DNA of 64,000 nucleotides, from positions 1 to 64,000 of IMG/VR virus record IMGVR_UViG_3300030390_001081; one strand, 5' to 3'. The stretch comes from an uncultured virus (IMG/VR IMGVR_UViG_3300030390_001081). Taxonomy: Duplodnaviria > Heunggongvirae > Uroviricota > Caudoviricetes. Both the position numbers and the translations under genes were made by a program. Positions 25,905 through 36,613 of this stretch are shown one piece after another. The notes under the pieces are model-generated. The model was not told where the DNA came from. It saw nothing but the letters and a program-made list of their open reading frames with translations, and did not search any database. How positions within the stretch are numbered: position 1 is the stretch's first letter; each line of letters starts with the position of its first letter.

Positions 25905-26132
25905 ATGAATTTTTTTGAAAGTGCAGATGAAGGTACAGTTATTAAGCATTATGATAATGATACTTATGATGTTATATTGTCTTACGAAAGGTTAGACTCT
26001 TTAATTAACCACGAAAGACGTGTTATATATCAATTATGTAAAAGTCGGTTTGCTATTAAAGATATAAAAACTACTGTAGACGATAACAATGTATGGAGAA
26101 ATACATTTAATGTAGTTCCTAACAATTTTTAG
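25905..26132 (+). CDS. Hypothetical protein
   Basis: 75-aa ORF. Confidence 0.5.
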   Translation: MNFFESADEGTVIKHYDNDTYDVILSYERLDSLINHERRVIYQLCKSRFAIKDIKTTVDDNNVWRNTFNVVPNNF

Positions 26133-26140
26133 TACTTTTG
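26133..26140 (+). promoter_or_regulatory. Bacteroidota -7 element TACTTTTG, 5 nt before ATG 26146
   Basis: Direct motif match. Confidence 0.55.
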
Positions 26141-26145
26141 CATAA

Positions 26146-26691
26146 ATGTATTTAGTTAATATAAATAGAGCAGGGGATATTTATAAGGACGATAACGGAG
26201 TGATGTTAGTTCTTGAGTTCCAAGAAGTGCTAAAAGCAGAAGGTTTAGGCCAGACAGCCATGAAGTGGGTCGCATTAGTATGTGACTATGAAAGTCCATA
26301 TAGACACTTTATTGAAGTTGAGAGAAAAAAAGCAGTTAGTAAAGACCTTTATGGTATTTACAAGTGGGAAGGTGAAACTAAACCAAAGGTATTAGCAGCT
26401 GTTGATAAATACAAAGAGTTGCAGTTTGATCCTTTAGACGAACAGTTAATAGCTTTTAATAAAAAGATAACGCAGTTTACTACCTATATGAACAATATGC
26501 ATATAGATGAAGATACTGCTGAAGGTTTGCAAAAGATAATGATTGGTATCGAAAAGATATACAAGACTCGTCAGACGCTAGTAGACTCTATAGAGCGTAG
26601 GGGTGAAAGACAAAAGATTGCTGGTAATAAGCAATTATCTTTCTTAGAAAGAAGAAAAGAAATACAAGAGCAAAGTAAGGATAGTGCGTAA
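26146..26691 (+). CDS. Putative terminase small subunit
   Basis: Helical/coiled-coil protein with DYESPY motif upstream of TerL. Confidence 0.45.
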   Translation: MYLVNINRAGDIYKDDNGVMLVLEFQEVLKAEGLGQTAMKWVALVCDYESPYRHFIEVERKKAVSKDLYGIYKWEGETKPKVLAAVDKYKELQFDPLDEQLIAFNKKITQFTTYMNNMHIDEDTAEGLQKIMIGIEKIYKTRQTLVDSIERRGERQKIAGNKQLSFLERRKEIQEQSKDSA

Positions 26692-26920
26692 TAGAAAAAA
26701 AGGATATACAAAAAAGAAAGAGGACATAACTGTAGACTATTTACGTTATCGATTCAACTATTTTTACAAGCGAGGGGAGTGGGAGGATGCAAAAAAAGTG
26801 AGCGACAGGGCTAACGCCCTGTTTGGTAGGAATCTAGACCAGGAGTTTCATGCGAAGATACAAGATGATCCGCGTGATCCATTTGGAATAGGTAAGGCAA
26901 AAAAAATTAAATATGGGTAA
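26684..26920 (+). CDS. Hypothetical protein
   Basis: Overlaps both neighbours. Confidence 0.5.
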   Translation: MRNRKKGYTKKKEDITVDYLRYRFNYFYKRGEWEDAKKVSDRANALFGRNLDQEFHAKIQDDPRDPFGIGKAKKIKYG

Positions 26921-28766
26921 AATTAAGGTAGATCCACAAAGGTACAGACCTGTAGCTAATAATGGACATCCTGACACTAATCCTGATTCTGTTGAACATC
27001 AAGAGTATTGGGACCAAGAAATGGATAGGTGTATTAATGGTTACAAGCCAAAAGGTATGAAGAAAATATCTGGCAAGTACTACTTCTATCTTAACTACTA
27101 TAAAATATTAGGTAATGATGGCGAAAAAAATTCTCGTAAGACTTTAATTAGTCCTTGGTACAGAGAAATGGATCATGAGTATTTTGATTTGTTTGAAACC
27201 TGTAAAAAAGAAGAGAAGGGAATGATTGTCATCAAAGCTAGGGATAAAGGGTTTAGTTATATGAACTCTGGACTGATTGCACACGAGTATACGTTCTTTC
27301 CTTATAATGATGTAGGTATAGCAGCTGGTCTACAAGCTACTGCTGATGCGTTCTTTGACAAAACTAAAAAAGGGTTAAATGCAATCCATGGAAACTTTAA
27401 ACATTCTGTTTTAAAAGATACTGATGGTATGTTACGTTCTGGTTATAAGCAAAAGAACAAGAATGGTAAATGGGAAGTTGGAGGTTTTCAGTCTACAGTA
27501 ATATGTAGAACAATGGATAATCCAGAGGTTTTTAAGGGTGAGCGTGTTTCGTTAATGGTATTTGAGGAAGCAGGAGAGTTCAAACATCTTAAAAATGCTT
27601 ATATGTCTTCTAAGGCTTGCTTTATGGATGGTAATGTTCAATTTGGCGTACCAGTCGTAGGAGGTACTGGTGGTGACATTAGCAAAGCCTCGAAAGATTT
27701 TATGGATATGTATTATGAGCATGAAGCTTATAATCTTATTCCTATGTTTATACCAGCGTCAAGAGCTTACTATGGATACTTTAATGTTGAAACTGGTAAG
27801 GAAGACGAGCCTGGTGCAAGAAAAGTTTTACTTGAGGAAAGAGAAAACATAGCTCAGTCTGGAGATAGAGAAGCATTTAACCTACATATACAAAACTACC
27901 CACTAGAAGTACAAGAAGCTTTCTTAAACACTAAGACAGCAAGGTTTGACAACTCTAGACTTAACGCACAGCGTTCAAGAATATTGTCTAGCAAGGATTA
28001 TAGAAGTCAAATACAAAGTGGTTATTTAGATTGGGACTTTGATGGAGAAGATGAGTTTATAGTTAAGTGGCGACCAAATCCTGATGGGCCATATAAAATT
28101 TTACACCATCCTAATCCTGATTATAAAGATTTAGATATAGGTGGTATTGACTCATACGATCAAGATAAGGCTGGATCAACTACATCTTTAGGTTCTGCTA
28201 TTATATATAGAAGATTCTTAGATACAGAAACGCCTGGAGATATGGTAATAGCAGACTATACAGAAAGACCAGATAAAAAAGAAGACTTTTGGGATGGTTG
28301 TTTAAAGTTAGCTGTATACTATAATGCAAAGATGTTAGTTGAATACACTAAGATTGGTATATTAGATTACTTTAAAAGAATGAATGCATTAAAGTATCTA
28401 AAAGAAAAACCACAATCAGCACACTCACCTAATACTAAAACTAGAAATAGATATGGTGTGCATATGAATAAACAAGTTAAGTCTTTAATGGAAGATTTAA
28501 TGGATGACTATATAAGAGAAAGTGTAGATGATATATGGTTTTTAGATTTGATAGAAGAACTTACATCATATGGTACAAAAAATACTGACCGTGCTATGGC
28601 GTTTGGATGTTGTTTAATTCATAATATTGACAACTACAAAAGACAGGCAAAAGCAAAAGAAGAAATAATAGAAGATATTGGTTTTAGCAAATATACAAGA
28701 GGCGCTAATGGAATGCCAATAAAAGTTGATATTAATAAAAGAACAGAAGAAACATATAAATTTTAA
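26913..28766 (+). CDS. terL: Terminase large subunit (crAss-like)
   Basis: YYFYLNY, KARDKGFSY Walker A, VFEEAG Walker B, GTGG, GGIDSYD nuclease Asp, DRAMAF. Confidence 0.9.
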   Translation: MGKIKVDPQRYRPVANNGHPDTNPDSVEHQEYWDQEMDRCINGYKPKGMKKISGKYYFYLNYYKILGNDGEKNSRKTLISPWYREMDHEYFDLFETCKKEEKGMIVIKARDKGFSYMNSGLIAHEYTFFPYNDVGIAAGLQATADAFFDKTKKGLNAIHGNFKHSVLKDTDGMLRSGYKQKNKNGKWEVGGFQSTVICRTMDNPEVFKGERVSLMVFEEAGEFKHLKNAYMSSKACFMDGNVQFGVPVVGGTGGDISKASKDFMDMYYEHEAYNLIPMFIPASRAYYGYFNVETGKEDEPGARKVLLEERENIAQSGDREAFNLHIQNYPLEVQEAFLNTKTARFDNSRLNAQRSRILSSKDYRSQIQSGYLDWDFDGEDEFIVKWRPNPDGPYKILHHPNPDYKDLDIGGIDSYDQDKAGSTTSLGSAIIYRRFLDTETPGDMVIADYTERPDKKEDFWDGCLKLAVYYNAKMLVEYTKIGILDYFKRMNALKYLKEKPQSAHSPNTKTRNRYGVHMNKQVKSLMEDLMDDYIRESVDDIWFLDLIEELTSYGTKNTDRAMAFGCCLIHNIDNYKRQAKAKEEIIEDIGFSKYTRGANGMPIKVDINKRTEETYKF

Positions 28767-28768
28767 TT

Positions 28769-31018
28769 ATGGACACAAGCTCATACCAATTCCCACCTCA
28801 ACTCCTACCTGACTCAGAAAAAGATCAGGATTGGTGCGAACAAATGATAGACGCAGTAGCTGGACACATCTACGAAGACAATAGTGTATTTGAAAATAGT
28901 GTGTATGAAGACATACAAAATTACTCTATATACAACGGAGATTTTGAACTTACTGACTATCAATATCTTACAGAGCAATATGGTTTTTCACAGCCAGCTA
29001 GATTGGTAAACTACCCAATTATACAACCTAAAATAGATTTATTGTTAGGTGAAGAGCTTCGTAGACCTATGGATATGAAGGTGGTAAGTACTAATAAAGA
29101 TGCTACTATTCGTAAAGAAGATATGAAGATAAAGTTACAGCTTAAGAAGTTTACAGAAACTATGAAGCAAGAACTTGTTCAGAAAATAGGTATGGAAGCT
29201 AAAACTATGTTAGACGAATTACCTATACCAGATGATATTCAAAAGTATATGGAGTATACTTACAAAGAAGCAGTAGAAGAAGTTGCACAAGATGGATTAG
29301 AATATCTAAATCAAAAGTATGGATTTAGAGAAATATTTAAAGCAGGTTTTAGAGATTTGTTAGTTACTGGTAGTGAGTTCTATAAAATATACAACAAAGG
29401 TGGAGATCCATTTATTAGAAGAGTAGATCCAAGAAGTATAGCATATGATACAAATACTGATAGTGACTTTATAGATGATTGTCAATGGATAGGTGAAGAA
29501 AGATTTTTAACTGCAAACGAAGTACTTGATGAGTTTAGAGATCAGCTTACAGAAGAAGATGTAACATTCTTAAGTGAGATGGGACAAATATCTAGTCATA
29601 GTGACTATGCATCTTACAACACATCTATTGATTGGATTTCTTGGCAAAAAGGACAGCAAGCTAGAATTAAAGTAGTACACTGTGAATGGAAATCTGTAAG
29701 AGCTTTGAAGTTTAAAATATCTCCAAACAGATATGATTCAGAAAAACCATTTTATAAATTAGTTCCAGACAATTATAAGGAAAAGAAAAAAGATACTATA
29801 CGTACAAGATATATAGATGATATATGGATTGGTACTAAAATTGGAGGTAAGATATTAGTTGATTGTCGTAGAAGACCTAATCAAGTACGTTCTGTAGATG
29901 ATCCAGGAAGTGCACATTTATCGTATGTAGGTTTAATTAAAAACAATACTACAGGTAAGAAGTCTTCTATGGTAGGACTACTTAAAAATATACAGATGCT
30001 ATATAATATTGTTATGTATCATATAGAATTAGCATTAGCTCGTTCTGGTGGTAAGGCAGTAATATACGATGTATCGCAACTACCTACTAACTTAGGTATG
30101 GATATGCAGACTGTACTTTATCATTTAAAAACAGATGGTATTATACCAATTAACTCAAAAGATGAGGGTGGTCAGGTAGCTAACTTTAATCAGTTTAGTC
30201 AGGTAGATTTTACTCTTAGTCAATCTGTACAGCAAATGATTAATCTTAAAATGATGCTTGAAGATACTGCTGGACAAATATCTGGTGTTACAAAACAAAG
30301 AGAAGGTGCAGTTGGTCAATATGAATATGTAGGTAATGTACAGCGTAGTGTTGTGCAGTCAGCTACTATTACTGAAAGTTGGTTTCATGCACACAAAGAA
30401 GTTAAGAAAAAAGTTTATAGTAGAGCTGTAGAGCTTATGAAAATGTGTTGGAGTGAAGGTAAAAAATCTTCTTTAATACTTGGTGATGGTGCTAGTAAAA
30501 TATTAAGTGTAATGCCTGAAATAGCACTTAATGACTATGCTATATTTGTAGGTGACTCTGGTAAAGATGATGCTATAAGACAATCTGTAACGCAATTATC
30601 ACAGTCTGCATTACAATCAGGACAAGTTAGTTTGTTAGATGTTATTAGAGTTCTTAAGGCTGATACTGCTACAGAAGCAGAACGTGTACTTGAAATGGGT
30701 ATGGAGGCTGTTAAAAAAGAACAGGCACAAGCTCAACAACAACAGCAACAAATGATGCAAGTTCAACAACAAGCTGAAGCAGCTAAATTTGAAAAAGAAG
30801 CACAGCTTAAGAAAATGGATAACGATACTAAAATTCAAGTTGCTAATATTCAATCACAATCAGACATTAAAGTTGCTGAAATAGCTGATATGTCTAAGCG
30901 TGATATAGCAGACATGAAAGAAAAGGTAACTTTAGGAAAAGAAGGTAACACAGTAGAGAACTCTGAGAGTGATGCTGCTAATTCTTTTGAAAAAGTAAAA
31001 GATAAGGTTACTGAATAA
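28769..31018 (+). CDS. Portal protein
   Basis: NYPIIQPKIDLLLGEE..RP and SGVTKQREG motifs; Gln-rich C-terminal barrel; follows TerL. Confidence 0.85.
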   Translation: MDTSSYQFPPQLLPDSEKDQDWCEQMIDAVAGHIYEDNSVFENSVYEDIQNYSIYNGDFELTDYQYLTEQYGFSQPARLVNYPIIQPKIDLLLGEELRRPMDMKVVSTNKDATIRKEDMKIKLQLKKFTETMKQELVQKIGMEAKTMLDELPIPDDIQKYMEYTYKEAVEEVAQDGLEYLNQKYGFREIFKAGFRDLLVTGSEFYKIYNKGGDPFIRRVDPRSIAYDTNTDSDFIDDCQWIGEERFLTANEVLDEFRDQLTEEDVTFLSEMGQISSHSDYASYNTSIDWISWQKGQQARIKVVHCEWKSVRALKFKISPNRYDSEKPFYKLVPDNYKEKKKDTIRTRYIDDIWIGTKIGGKILVDCRRRPNQVRSVDDPGSAHLSYVGLIKNNTTGKKSSMVGLLKNIQMLYNIVMYHIELALARSGGKAVIYDVSQLPTNLGMDMQTVLYHLKTDGIIPINSKDEGGQVANFNQFSQVDFTLSQSVQQMINLKMMLEDTAGQISGVTKQREGAVGQYEYVGNVQRSVVQSATITESWFHAHKEVKKKVYSRAVELMKMCWSEGKKSSLILGDGASKILSVMPEIALNDYAIFVGDSGKDDAIRQSVTQLSQSALQSGQVSLLDVIRVLKADTATEAERVLEMGMEAVKKEQAQAQQQQQQMMQVQQQAEAAKFEKEAQLKKMDNDTKIQVANIQSQSDIKVAEIADMSKRDIADMKEKVTLGKEGNTVENSESDAANSFEKVKDKVTE

Positions 31019-31023
31019 TTTAT

Positions 31024-31031
31024 TATATTTG
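31024..31031 (+). promoter_or_regulatory. Bacteroidota -7 element TATATTTG
   Basis: Intergenic, upstream of scaffold and capsid genes. Confidence 0.6.
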
Positions 31032-31060
31032 CAAATAGTTAGGGACTTAAATATTAACAT

Positions 31061-32125
31061 ATGTCAGAAAAAGAAACAAGCTTAGTAAATTCTGTTGATG
31101 AACAGACTACTCAGCAAGAAGAAAGTAAAACATTTGATGTCAATGCTTTTTTAGGAAAAGAAGAAGGTGAACAAGTAGACACCAATACAGATGATCAACC
31201 ATATACAGAAGCTAAAAAAGACGAAGAGTCTGATGATGACTTTGATGGTTTTTCTTGGAATGAAATTGAAACAGAATCAGAAGAACAAGAAGAAACAAAA
31301 GAAGAAGTTGAGCCAGAAGAAGATTGGGATGATGTTGTATTTAATAGAAAAAAAGAAGATACAACTAAAACCGATGTTGATGAAAAAACTGACGATACTG
31401 AAAAATCTAGAGAAATAGATTGGGCTAATGTAACTAAAGCTTTAGGTTTAAATATAGACACTAACTATAAAGAAGAGTTAGAAGCAATAGTTAGAAAAAT
31501 GGATGCACAAGGAATTGATCCTATTGAAAGTGCAAATCAAAATGAAATCATTGGTAAAATGGAATCATTTTTAAAATTGACAGATAGAGATTTACTATCT
31601 GAAGAAATGAGAAATGACGGCATGGAGGACGATGATATAGTATCTATATTAGATTCTATGGAAGATGCAGGAACTATTAAAAGAGATGCATTTAGAATTA
31701 GAAAACAAATTGGTCAGTACTTAGAACAAGCAAAGCTTGAAGATAAACAGACCGCTGAAAAAACTGCTAGTGAAAAGAAAGAAGCAATAGCAAATAATAA
31801 AAAACAATTACAAGATCAATTAAAAGAAATGAAAAGCTTCATGGGAGGCAGAGTAGGAAAAGAGGATATGCAAGAGGCGTATAAGTATATCGTATCTGGT
31901 GATATGCAAAAGGACATTTGGAACAACCATGGCAATGCCGCGGAGGTTGCAATGTTTATGCTATACAAAGATAAGTTTGCTCAAATCTTGCGTAGCCAAG
32001 GTAGAGAAGAGGGTAAAGCTGGAATCTTAAATATGATTTCATCTCCTTCTCGTGGTGGGAAAAACAAATCTAATTATAGACCAAAGTCTAAAGGATTTGA
32101 CCCCAACGCTTTTATGAAGGATTAA
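31061..32125 (+). CDS. Putative capsid scaffolding protein
   Basis: Very acidic N-terminus, helical C-terminus, located between portal and capsid. Confidence 0.6.
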   Translation: MSEKETSLVNSVDEQTTQQEESKTFDVNAFLGKEEGEQVDTNTDDQPYTEAKKDEESDDDFDGFSWNEIETESEEQEETKEEVEPEEDWDDVVFNRKKEDTTKTDVDEKTDDTEKSREIDWANVTKALGLNIDTNYKEELEAIVRKMDAQGIDPIESANQNEIIGKMESFLKLTDRDLLSEEMRNDGMEDDDIVSILDSMEDAGTIKRDAFRIRKQIGQYLEQAKLEDKQTAEKTASEKKEAIANNKKQLQDQLKEMKSFMGGRVGKEDMQEAYKYIVSGDMQKDIWNNHGNAAEVAMFMLYKDKFAQILRSQGREEGKAGILNMISSPSRGGKNKSNYRPKSKGFDPNAFMKD

Positions 32126-32207
32126 TTTAACAAGGGCAATGCCAAATGTAAGATTATGACTAAGTAAATAATTTAATTTAGTTTTTAATTTTTAATATTT
32201 AGAAAAA

Positions 32208-33650
32208 ATGGCAAAATTGACATTTTCAAATGAACGGTTCGGTAATGGTACTACTCCAGAAAACGCATTAAACAACGCGTTACTGCAGTATCCTGAGATT
32301 GCTAGTACCTTAATTCAACAGTTTCCTAGATACACACTAACATTATTATTAGAAAAAGTTGGTTTGTTCGCTTCCGAAAAAGTTTTAGGCGATAACTCTT
32401 TTGAGTGGAAGGTTATGGGACGTTATAACAAAAAACAATTTATCGCATCAACTGCAGATTCTTCACATGCGGCAGGTCAGAAAGTAGCATTTACTTTCGC
32501 TGATACTTCTGGTGGAGCTGCAGTTAATTATTACAACTTATATGACTTACTTCGTTTCCAAGATGGATCGACTGGTTTGATTGTTGGTATTTCTGGATCT
32601 ACTTATCAAGTAGAGTGCATTGATGCTGGTGCAAACGCAGCTAACGAAGTTGTAGGTCGTATTGGTTCTGCATTCCCTTACGGATCTAGTGGAGCAGATG
32701 TTGGTGAGAACTGGGCATACCCAGAAACTCATAAGAACTTCTTGACTATTATGCGTAAGAAATGTACAGTAACTGGTAAAGACGCTACTGATGTAACTTG
32801 GATTGAGAATAATGGTTCTCGTTTATGGTACTTCACACGTGAGCAGCAGTTAATGGATCAGTTTATGTATGAGCAAGAATTACAGAGATGGTACGGAAAG
32901 CGTTCTGTTGCATCACCTACTTCTAACTATACTTCTACTAACGCAGACATTTTCTCTGAAGATGTATCTGATCAGTCTTTAGCTGATGGTTCTGAAGGTA
33001 GAGTAATTATAGGAGATGGTCTTTTAGCACAAATCGACTCTTCAAACCAAGCTACTTATACTGCTGGTGCACTTACTGAAGACATCATTACTGAGTTCTT
33101 AGCTAAGTTATCACTTAACGCTACTAACTCTGAAGGTAATGAGTACTTAGTGTACACAGGTACTGAAGGTCGTTTAGCATTCCATAAAGCTATGAAAGAT
33201 TTACTTATTGCTCCTACTGGTAGCTTTACAGGTGGATCATTTGCAGGTGTAAATGGAGATGTTGAATTAGGTGCTAACTTTACATCTTACATGGCTTTAG
33301 GTAACAAAATTACTGTTGCTTACTGTCCAGTATTTGATGATAATCACATGCACGGATCTACATCTGGAACTAACGCATTTGGTGACTCAAGATTAAAAGA
33401 GTCTGCTAAAATGGTTTTCTTAGATATGGGAAGCACAAGTGGTGTAAACAACATTGAGTTGATCACTAAAGGTGCTGAAGGTATGAATAGAAGCTTCGTT
33501 AAGAAATACGTAACAGGTATGGTAAATCCTTATGACGCTAATTCTATGATGGCTGCTAACGCTGATGACAAGTTCGAGTGTCACGTATTAGCTGAGTCTG
33601 GAATCGTTGTAAGAAATCCATTATCTTGCGGAATCTTATCTGTAGCATAA
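32208..33650 (+). CDS. Major capsid protein (crAss-like)
   Basis: 480 aa; FEWKVMG, NFLTIMRK...VTG, IGDGLLAQI, YTGTEG; strong codon bias; position. Confidence 0.85.
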   Translation: MAKLTFSNERFGNGTTPENALNNALLQYPEIASTLIQQFPRYTLTLLLEKVGLFASEKVLGDNSFEWKVMGRYNKKQFIASTADSSHAAGQKVAFTFADTSGGAAVNYYNLYDLLRFQDGSTGLIVGISGSTYQVECIDAGANAANEVVGRIGSAFPYGSSGADVGENWAYPETHKNFLTIMRKKCTVTGKDATDVTWIENNGSRLWYFTREQQLMDQFMYEQELQRWYGKRSVASPTSNYTSTNADIFSEDVSDQSLADGSEGRVIIGDGLLAQIDSSNQATYTAGALTEDIITEFLAKLSLNATNSEGNEYLVYTGTEGRLAFHKAMKDLLIAPTGSFTGGSFAGVNGDVELGANFTSYMALGNKITVAYCPVFDDNHMHGSTSGTNAFGDSRLKESAKMVFLDMGSTSGVNNIELITKGAEGMNRSFVKKYVTGMVNPYDANSMMAANADDKFECHVLAESGIVVRNPLSCGILSVA

Positions 33651-33662
33651 TTAACTTAATCG

Positions 33663-33703
33663 GCTTACACAGGGAGGTTTAGACGCCTCCCTCTCTAAGC
33701 TTT
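33663..33703 (+). terminator. Hairpin after the major capsid gene
   Basis: gctta..agggaggt-ttagac-gcctccct..taagc followed by ttt. Confidence 0.5.
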
Positions 33704-33747
33704 AACTTAATAAAAGTCCTCTGAGTAAAGTAGGAGGCAATACAAAA

Positions 33748-34077
33748 ATGTCTAAAGAAAAGTACTTAATTTTTGCAAATAGCACTACGGATACTATGAT
33801 GTTTCCTGTTAGCAATATAGCAATGTTAGAAAATACAGATGCAGATACTATGCAAATACACTTTCAACCAGGAACAGATAATACCGCTGGTAGCGTTATA
33901 TTTGAAATTACTGCTGATAAAGGTGTAGAGTTTATGAAGTTGCTTACAGAAGCAATTAGAAGTTCACGTAGTCCTTATATTGTAGTAGCTGATGATATAA
34001 ATTCTGAATATTTTTCAGGATCATTTGGAGGCACTACTGTTGCTGCTACTGCTTGTACAACAATTGCATTATTGTAA
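33748..34077 (+). CDS. Putative virion protein
   Basis: Directly downstream of the capsid gene. Confidence 0.55.
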   Translation: MSKEKYLIFANSTTDTMMFPVSNIAMLENTDADTMQIHFQPGTDNTAGSVIFEITADKGVEFMKLLTEAIRSSRSPYIVVADDINSEYFSGSFGGTTVAATACTTIALL

Positions 34078-34112
34078 TTTAACTGAATATTTAATTTTAT
34101 AATTGTAAAAAA

Positions 34113-34586
34113 ATGGCAAATTATATTAATCCCGATAGAAATATCGTAGTACCAGGACTAGATCCTGTTGTTAACTTTGAAAGCATGAGACTTCGTTATG
34201 AAAGTATCACTGCTGCTAAAGAGCTAACTGTAAAAGACTCAGGTAAATTATTTGGGTTGAATTTAGCTGCAGGATTCACTGTAACTTTACCCGCTATAGC
34301 TGATGCTGAAGCTGGTTGGTTTTGTGAGTTTTTTGTAGGACTTGTAACTACTAGTAATAATTACATCATTACAGAGAAAACATCTGCTGATACTAATGTT
34401 ATCGTATCACATATGTCAATTCTAGAAATTGATAGTGGTGATGATGGTCTGCATAATGCAGCACACACTATTATTACTTTTGAAGGTACACCTGCATTAG
34501 GCGATAAAGTTAGAATTTTTTGTGATGGATCAAAGTATTACGCTACAGGTGTAGGCGTATCTGATGATTTTGTTGCATTAACATAA
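34113..34586 (+). CDS. Putative capsid decoration/fibre-like protein
   Basis: DSGKLF...FTVTLPA...GW...GDKVRIFCDG..YY pattern. Confidence 0.55.
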   Translation: MANYINPDRNIVVPGLDPVVNFESMRLRYESITAAKELTVKDSGKLFGLNLAAGFTVTLPAIADAEAGWFCEFFVGLVTTSNNYIITEKTSADTNVIVSHMSILEIDSGDDGLHNAAHTIITFEGTPALGDKVRIFCDGSKYYATGVGVSDDFVALT

Positions 34587-34595
34587 TAATGTTTT

Positions 34596-34639
34596 AATTA
34601 GAGAGGGGTGAAATTTTGAGTAACCCCTCACTAATTTTT
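34596..34639 (+). terminator. Probable intrinsic terminator
   Basis: aattagagaggggt...acccctcactaatt followed by a T run. Confidence 0.5.
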
Positions 34640-34645
34640 ATAAAT

Positions 34646-34852
34646 ATGGCAGTATACAAATTAATAAATGGAAAGCTTGTGGATGTTAGAGAGATACCAC
34701 AAGAAGATAAAAAGACACCGCACTTTAATGCGGGAATAAACCTTACTCCAGGGTTAAATTGGGGAAAACGTGGTTACCAAAAAAAATACATTTCTACTGA
34801 CGAAAGTGGAAAGAAAAAAGTATTTTCGGAGAAGCGTAATACAGGAGAGTAA
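34646..34852 (+). CDS. Hypothetical protein
   Basis: In-frame ATG at 34646. Confidence 0.5.
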   Translation: MAVYKLINGKLVDVREIPQEDKKTPHFNAGINLTPGLNWGKRGYQKKYISTDESGKKKVFSEKRNTGE

Positions 34853-34873
34853 TTAATTTTTAAAACCAAAAAA

Positions 34874-35566
34874 ATGGCACATTTAGTTTACATTAAAGCA
34901 AAGAATTTAAAGAAGTTTAACTATGCATCTTTTGCTGCATATAAAAACAGACAAGGTAAAACAGTAAAGCTTATTGATCCAGATGGACAACCATTAGATA
35001 AATGGGAGCTTACACAATCAATGAGAGCGTTTGATTTAGATAATGAACACGACAACACAGTGTATCAATTTTTAAAAGATCATCCATTAATTAAAAGAGG
35101 TGGATTTACTTTTGTTGATACTAGAAAGAACGAAGAAGAAAATGCAGCAGCAGCTATTGCATCAGCAGAAGCAGTTACGCTTGCTACAAGTATGACACCA
35201 TCAGAGTATGATGATATGGCAAGACTTATTGGTATATCTATACACTTTGATGATATTGTTACTAAAGCAAAAGTATTGCAATATGCAAACAAGAGTCCTG
35301 AAAAATTCGTACAAACCTATAATAATAAAGATAAAGACTTTTATGTTTTCTTAAAAAAAGCAGAAGAAAAGAAACTTATATCTTATATTAATGGAGTTTG
35401 GAAGTATGGTTCTAACAGTATAGGACTAACTGATGAAGCTGCAATTGAGTGGTTAAAAGACAACAAAGATGTATATGCTCTTATGAAAAATGAACTAAGA
35501 GGTAGCTCAACAAATGAAATGGTAGATATAGCTAAAAAAAGTAAAAAATCTAAAGTAACTAAATAA
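34874..35566 (+). CDS. Conserved crAss-like structural-module protein
   Basis: Position after the capsid genes; YQFLKDHP and IG.T...AIEWLKD motifs. Confidence 0.55.
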   Translation: MAHLVYIKAKNLKKFNYASFAAYKNRQGKTVKLIDPDGQPLDKWELTQSMRAFDLDNEHDNTVYQFLKDHPLIKRGGFTFVDTRKNEEENAAAAIASAEAVTLATSMTPSEYDDMARLIGISIHFDDIVTKAKVLQYANKSPEKFVQTYNNKDKDFYVFLKKAEEKKLISYINGVWKYGSNSIGLTDEAAIEWLKDNKDVYALMKNELRGSSTNEMVDIAKKSKKSKVTK

Positions 35567-36520
35567 TGACATTTGCTGAAGCTCACGAACATATGGACTT
35601 GCTTTTAGATAAAGCAGACCAACCCTATTTTGTATCTGAAGAAAAAGATAAATTTTTAAACATAGCTCTTTTTGACTGGTTTGAAAAATCAATGGATCAG
35701 TATGATACTAATCCTGAAATATCTGCAGTAATAGGAAAGCTAGTGAGAGAAGCAACTACAAAGTTTGAGTATACAAATTTAATGTATTTTCATAATGCTA
35801 ACTATGGAGCACAAACCGTTCCTTATAGAGAGCCTGCGAATCTTGCTGGATCAACAACTTATGGTGTACCAGTTAATACATTAAGAAGTTTATCTCGTTA
35901 TCCTATAGCACGATTAATACATTTACAAGTTAGATATGCAGATTTAGATGGAAACTATGGAAATTTTGTAGAAGCATCTAAAGCTAAATCGAATGAAGTG
36001 GGAACATTATCTTCTGATATTAATAGCGATCCATTTAATAAAGCTGACGACAATAATGTAAAATATTATTTACAAGGTCCTTTTTTTAAAGTATTACCTG
36101 TTGAATTTGCAGATGGAAAAACATTATTAGGATGGAGGTCTAGTGATGCTAATTATTCTACTATTTATGGAGATGGAAATGTTGGAGAATGTAAATTTAG
36201 AGCTATAACGTTTCCTTTAGCTTGTAATGTTACTAATGGCNNNNNNNNNNGATATGGATTTTTCAGCTATTCCAAATGATCCTGCTACGTGGGGAACTGC
36301 TAATTGTCAAATAGGTTCTTTAACTTTTCAACAAAGTAGAGATACTATTACAGATGAAGTAACTTATAGTAATAGTCCAGTAGGAGCACAAGCTTGGGGT
36401 TGGCCTATACATATATGTCACGAAATAGTACAAAATGCAGTTAGATTGATGACTAGTAATATTGAAAGTGATAATTATCAAAATCAATTTATTGAGGCAC
36501 AGCAGAGCAAATCAACATAA
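35566..36520 (+). CDS. Tail ring/adaptor protein; probably one gene split by the N gap at 36241-36250
   Basis: N-terminal EEKDKFLNIA and C-terminal HEIVQNAV motifs typical of ring proteins; frame changes exactly at the gap. Confidence 0.6.
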
Positions 36521-36544
36521 CGAGCTTTTTGCTCCCTGCGCATT

Positions 36545-36585
36545 GATAGGTCTGATTGTTTATACATGACGGCCTATCTTTGTTT
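36545..36585 (+). terminator. Probable intrinsic terminator
   Basis: gataggtc...ggcctatc followed by tttgttt. Confidence 0.45.
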
Positions 36586-36601
36586 ATAGAATAATTTATC
36601 T

Positions 36602-36609
36602 TAATTTTG
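36602..36609 (+). promoter_or_regulatory. Bacteroidota -7 element TAATTTTG, 4 nt before ATG 36614
   Basis: Direct motif match. Confidence 0.55.
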
Positions 36610-36613
36610 CAGT

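Noticed and set aside
26913..33650. Introns or inteins in terminase or capsid genes
   Set aside because: ORFs are continuous and of ordinary length, with no intein termini or homing endonuclease motifs
35566..36520. Apparent frameshift or split gene in a tail ring protein
   Set aside because: The frame change coincides exactly with a 10-N scaffold gap, so it is an assembly artefact rather than programmed frameshifting
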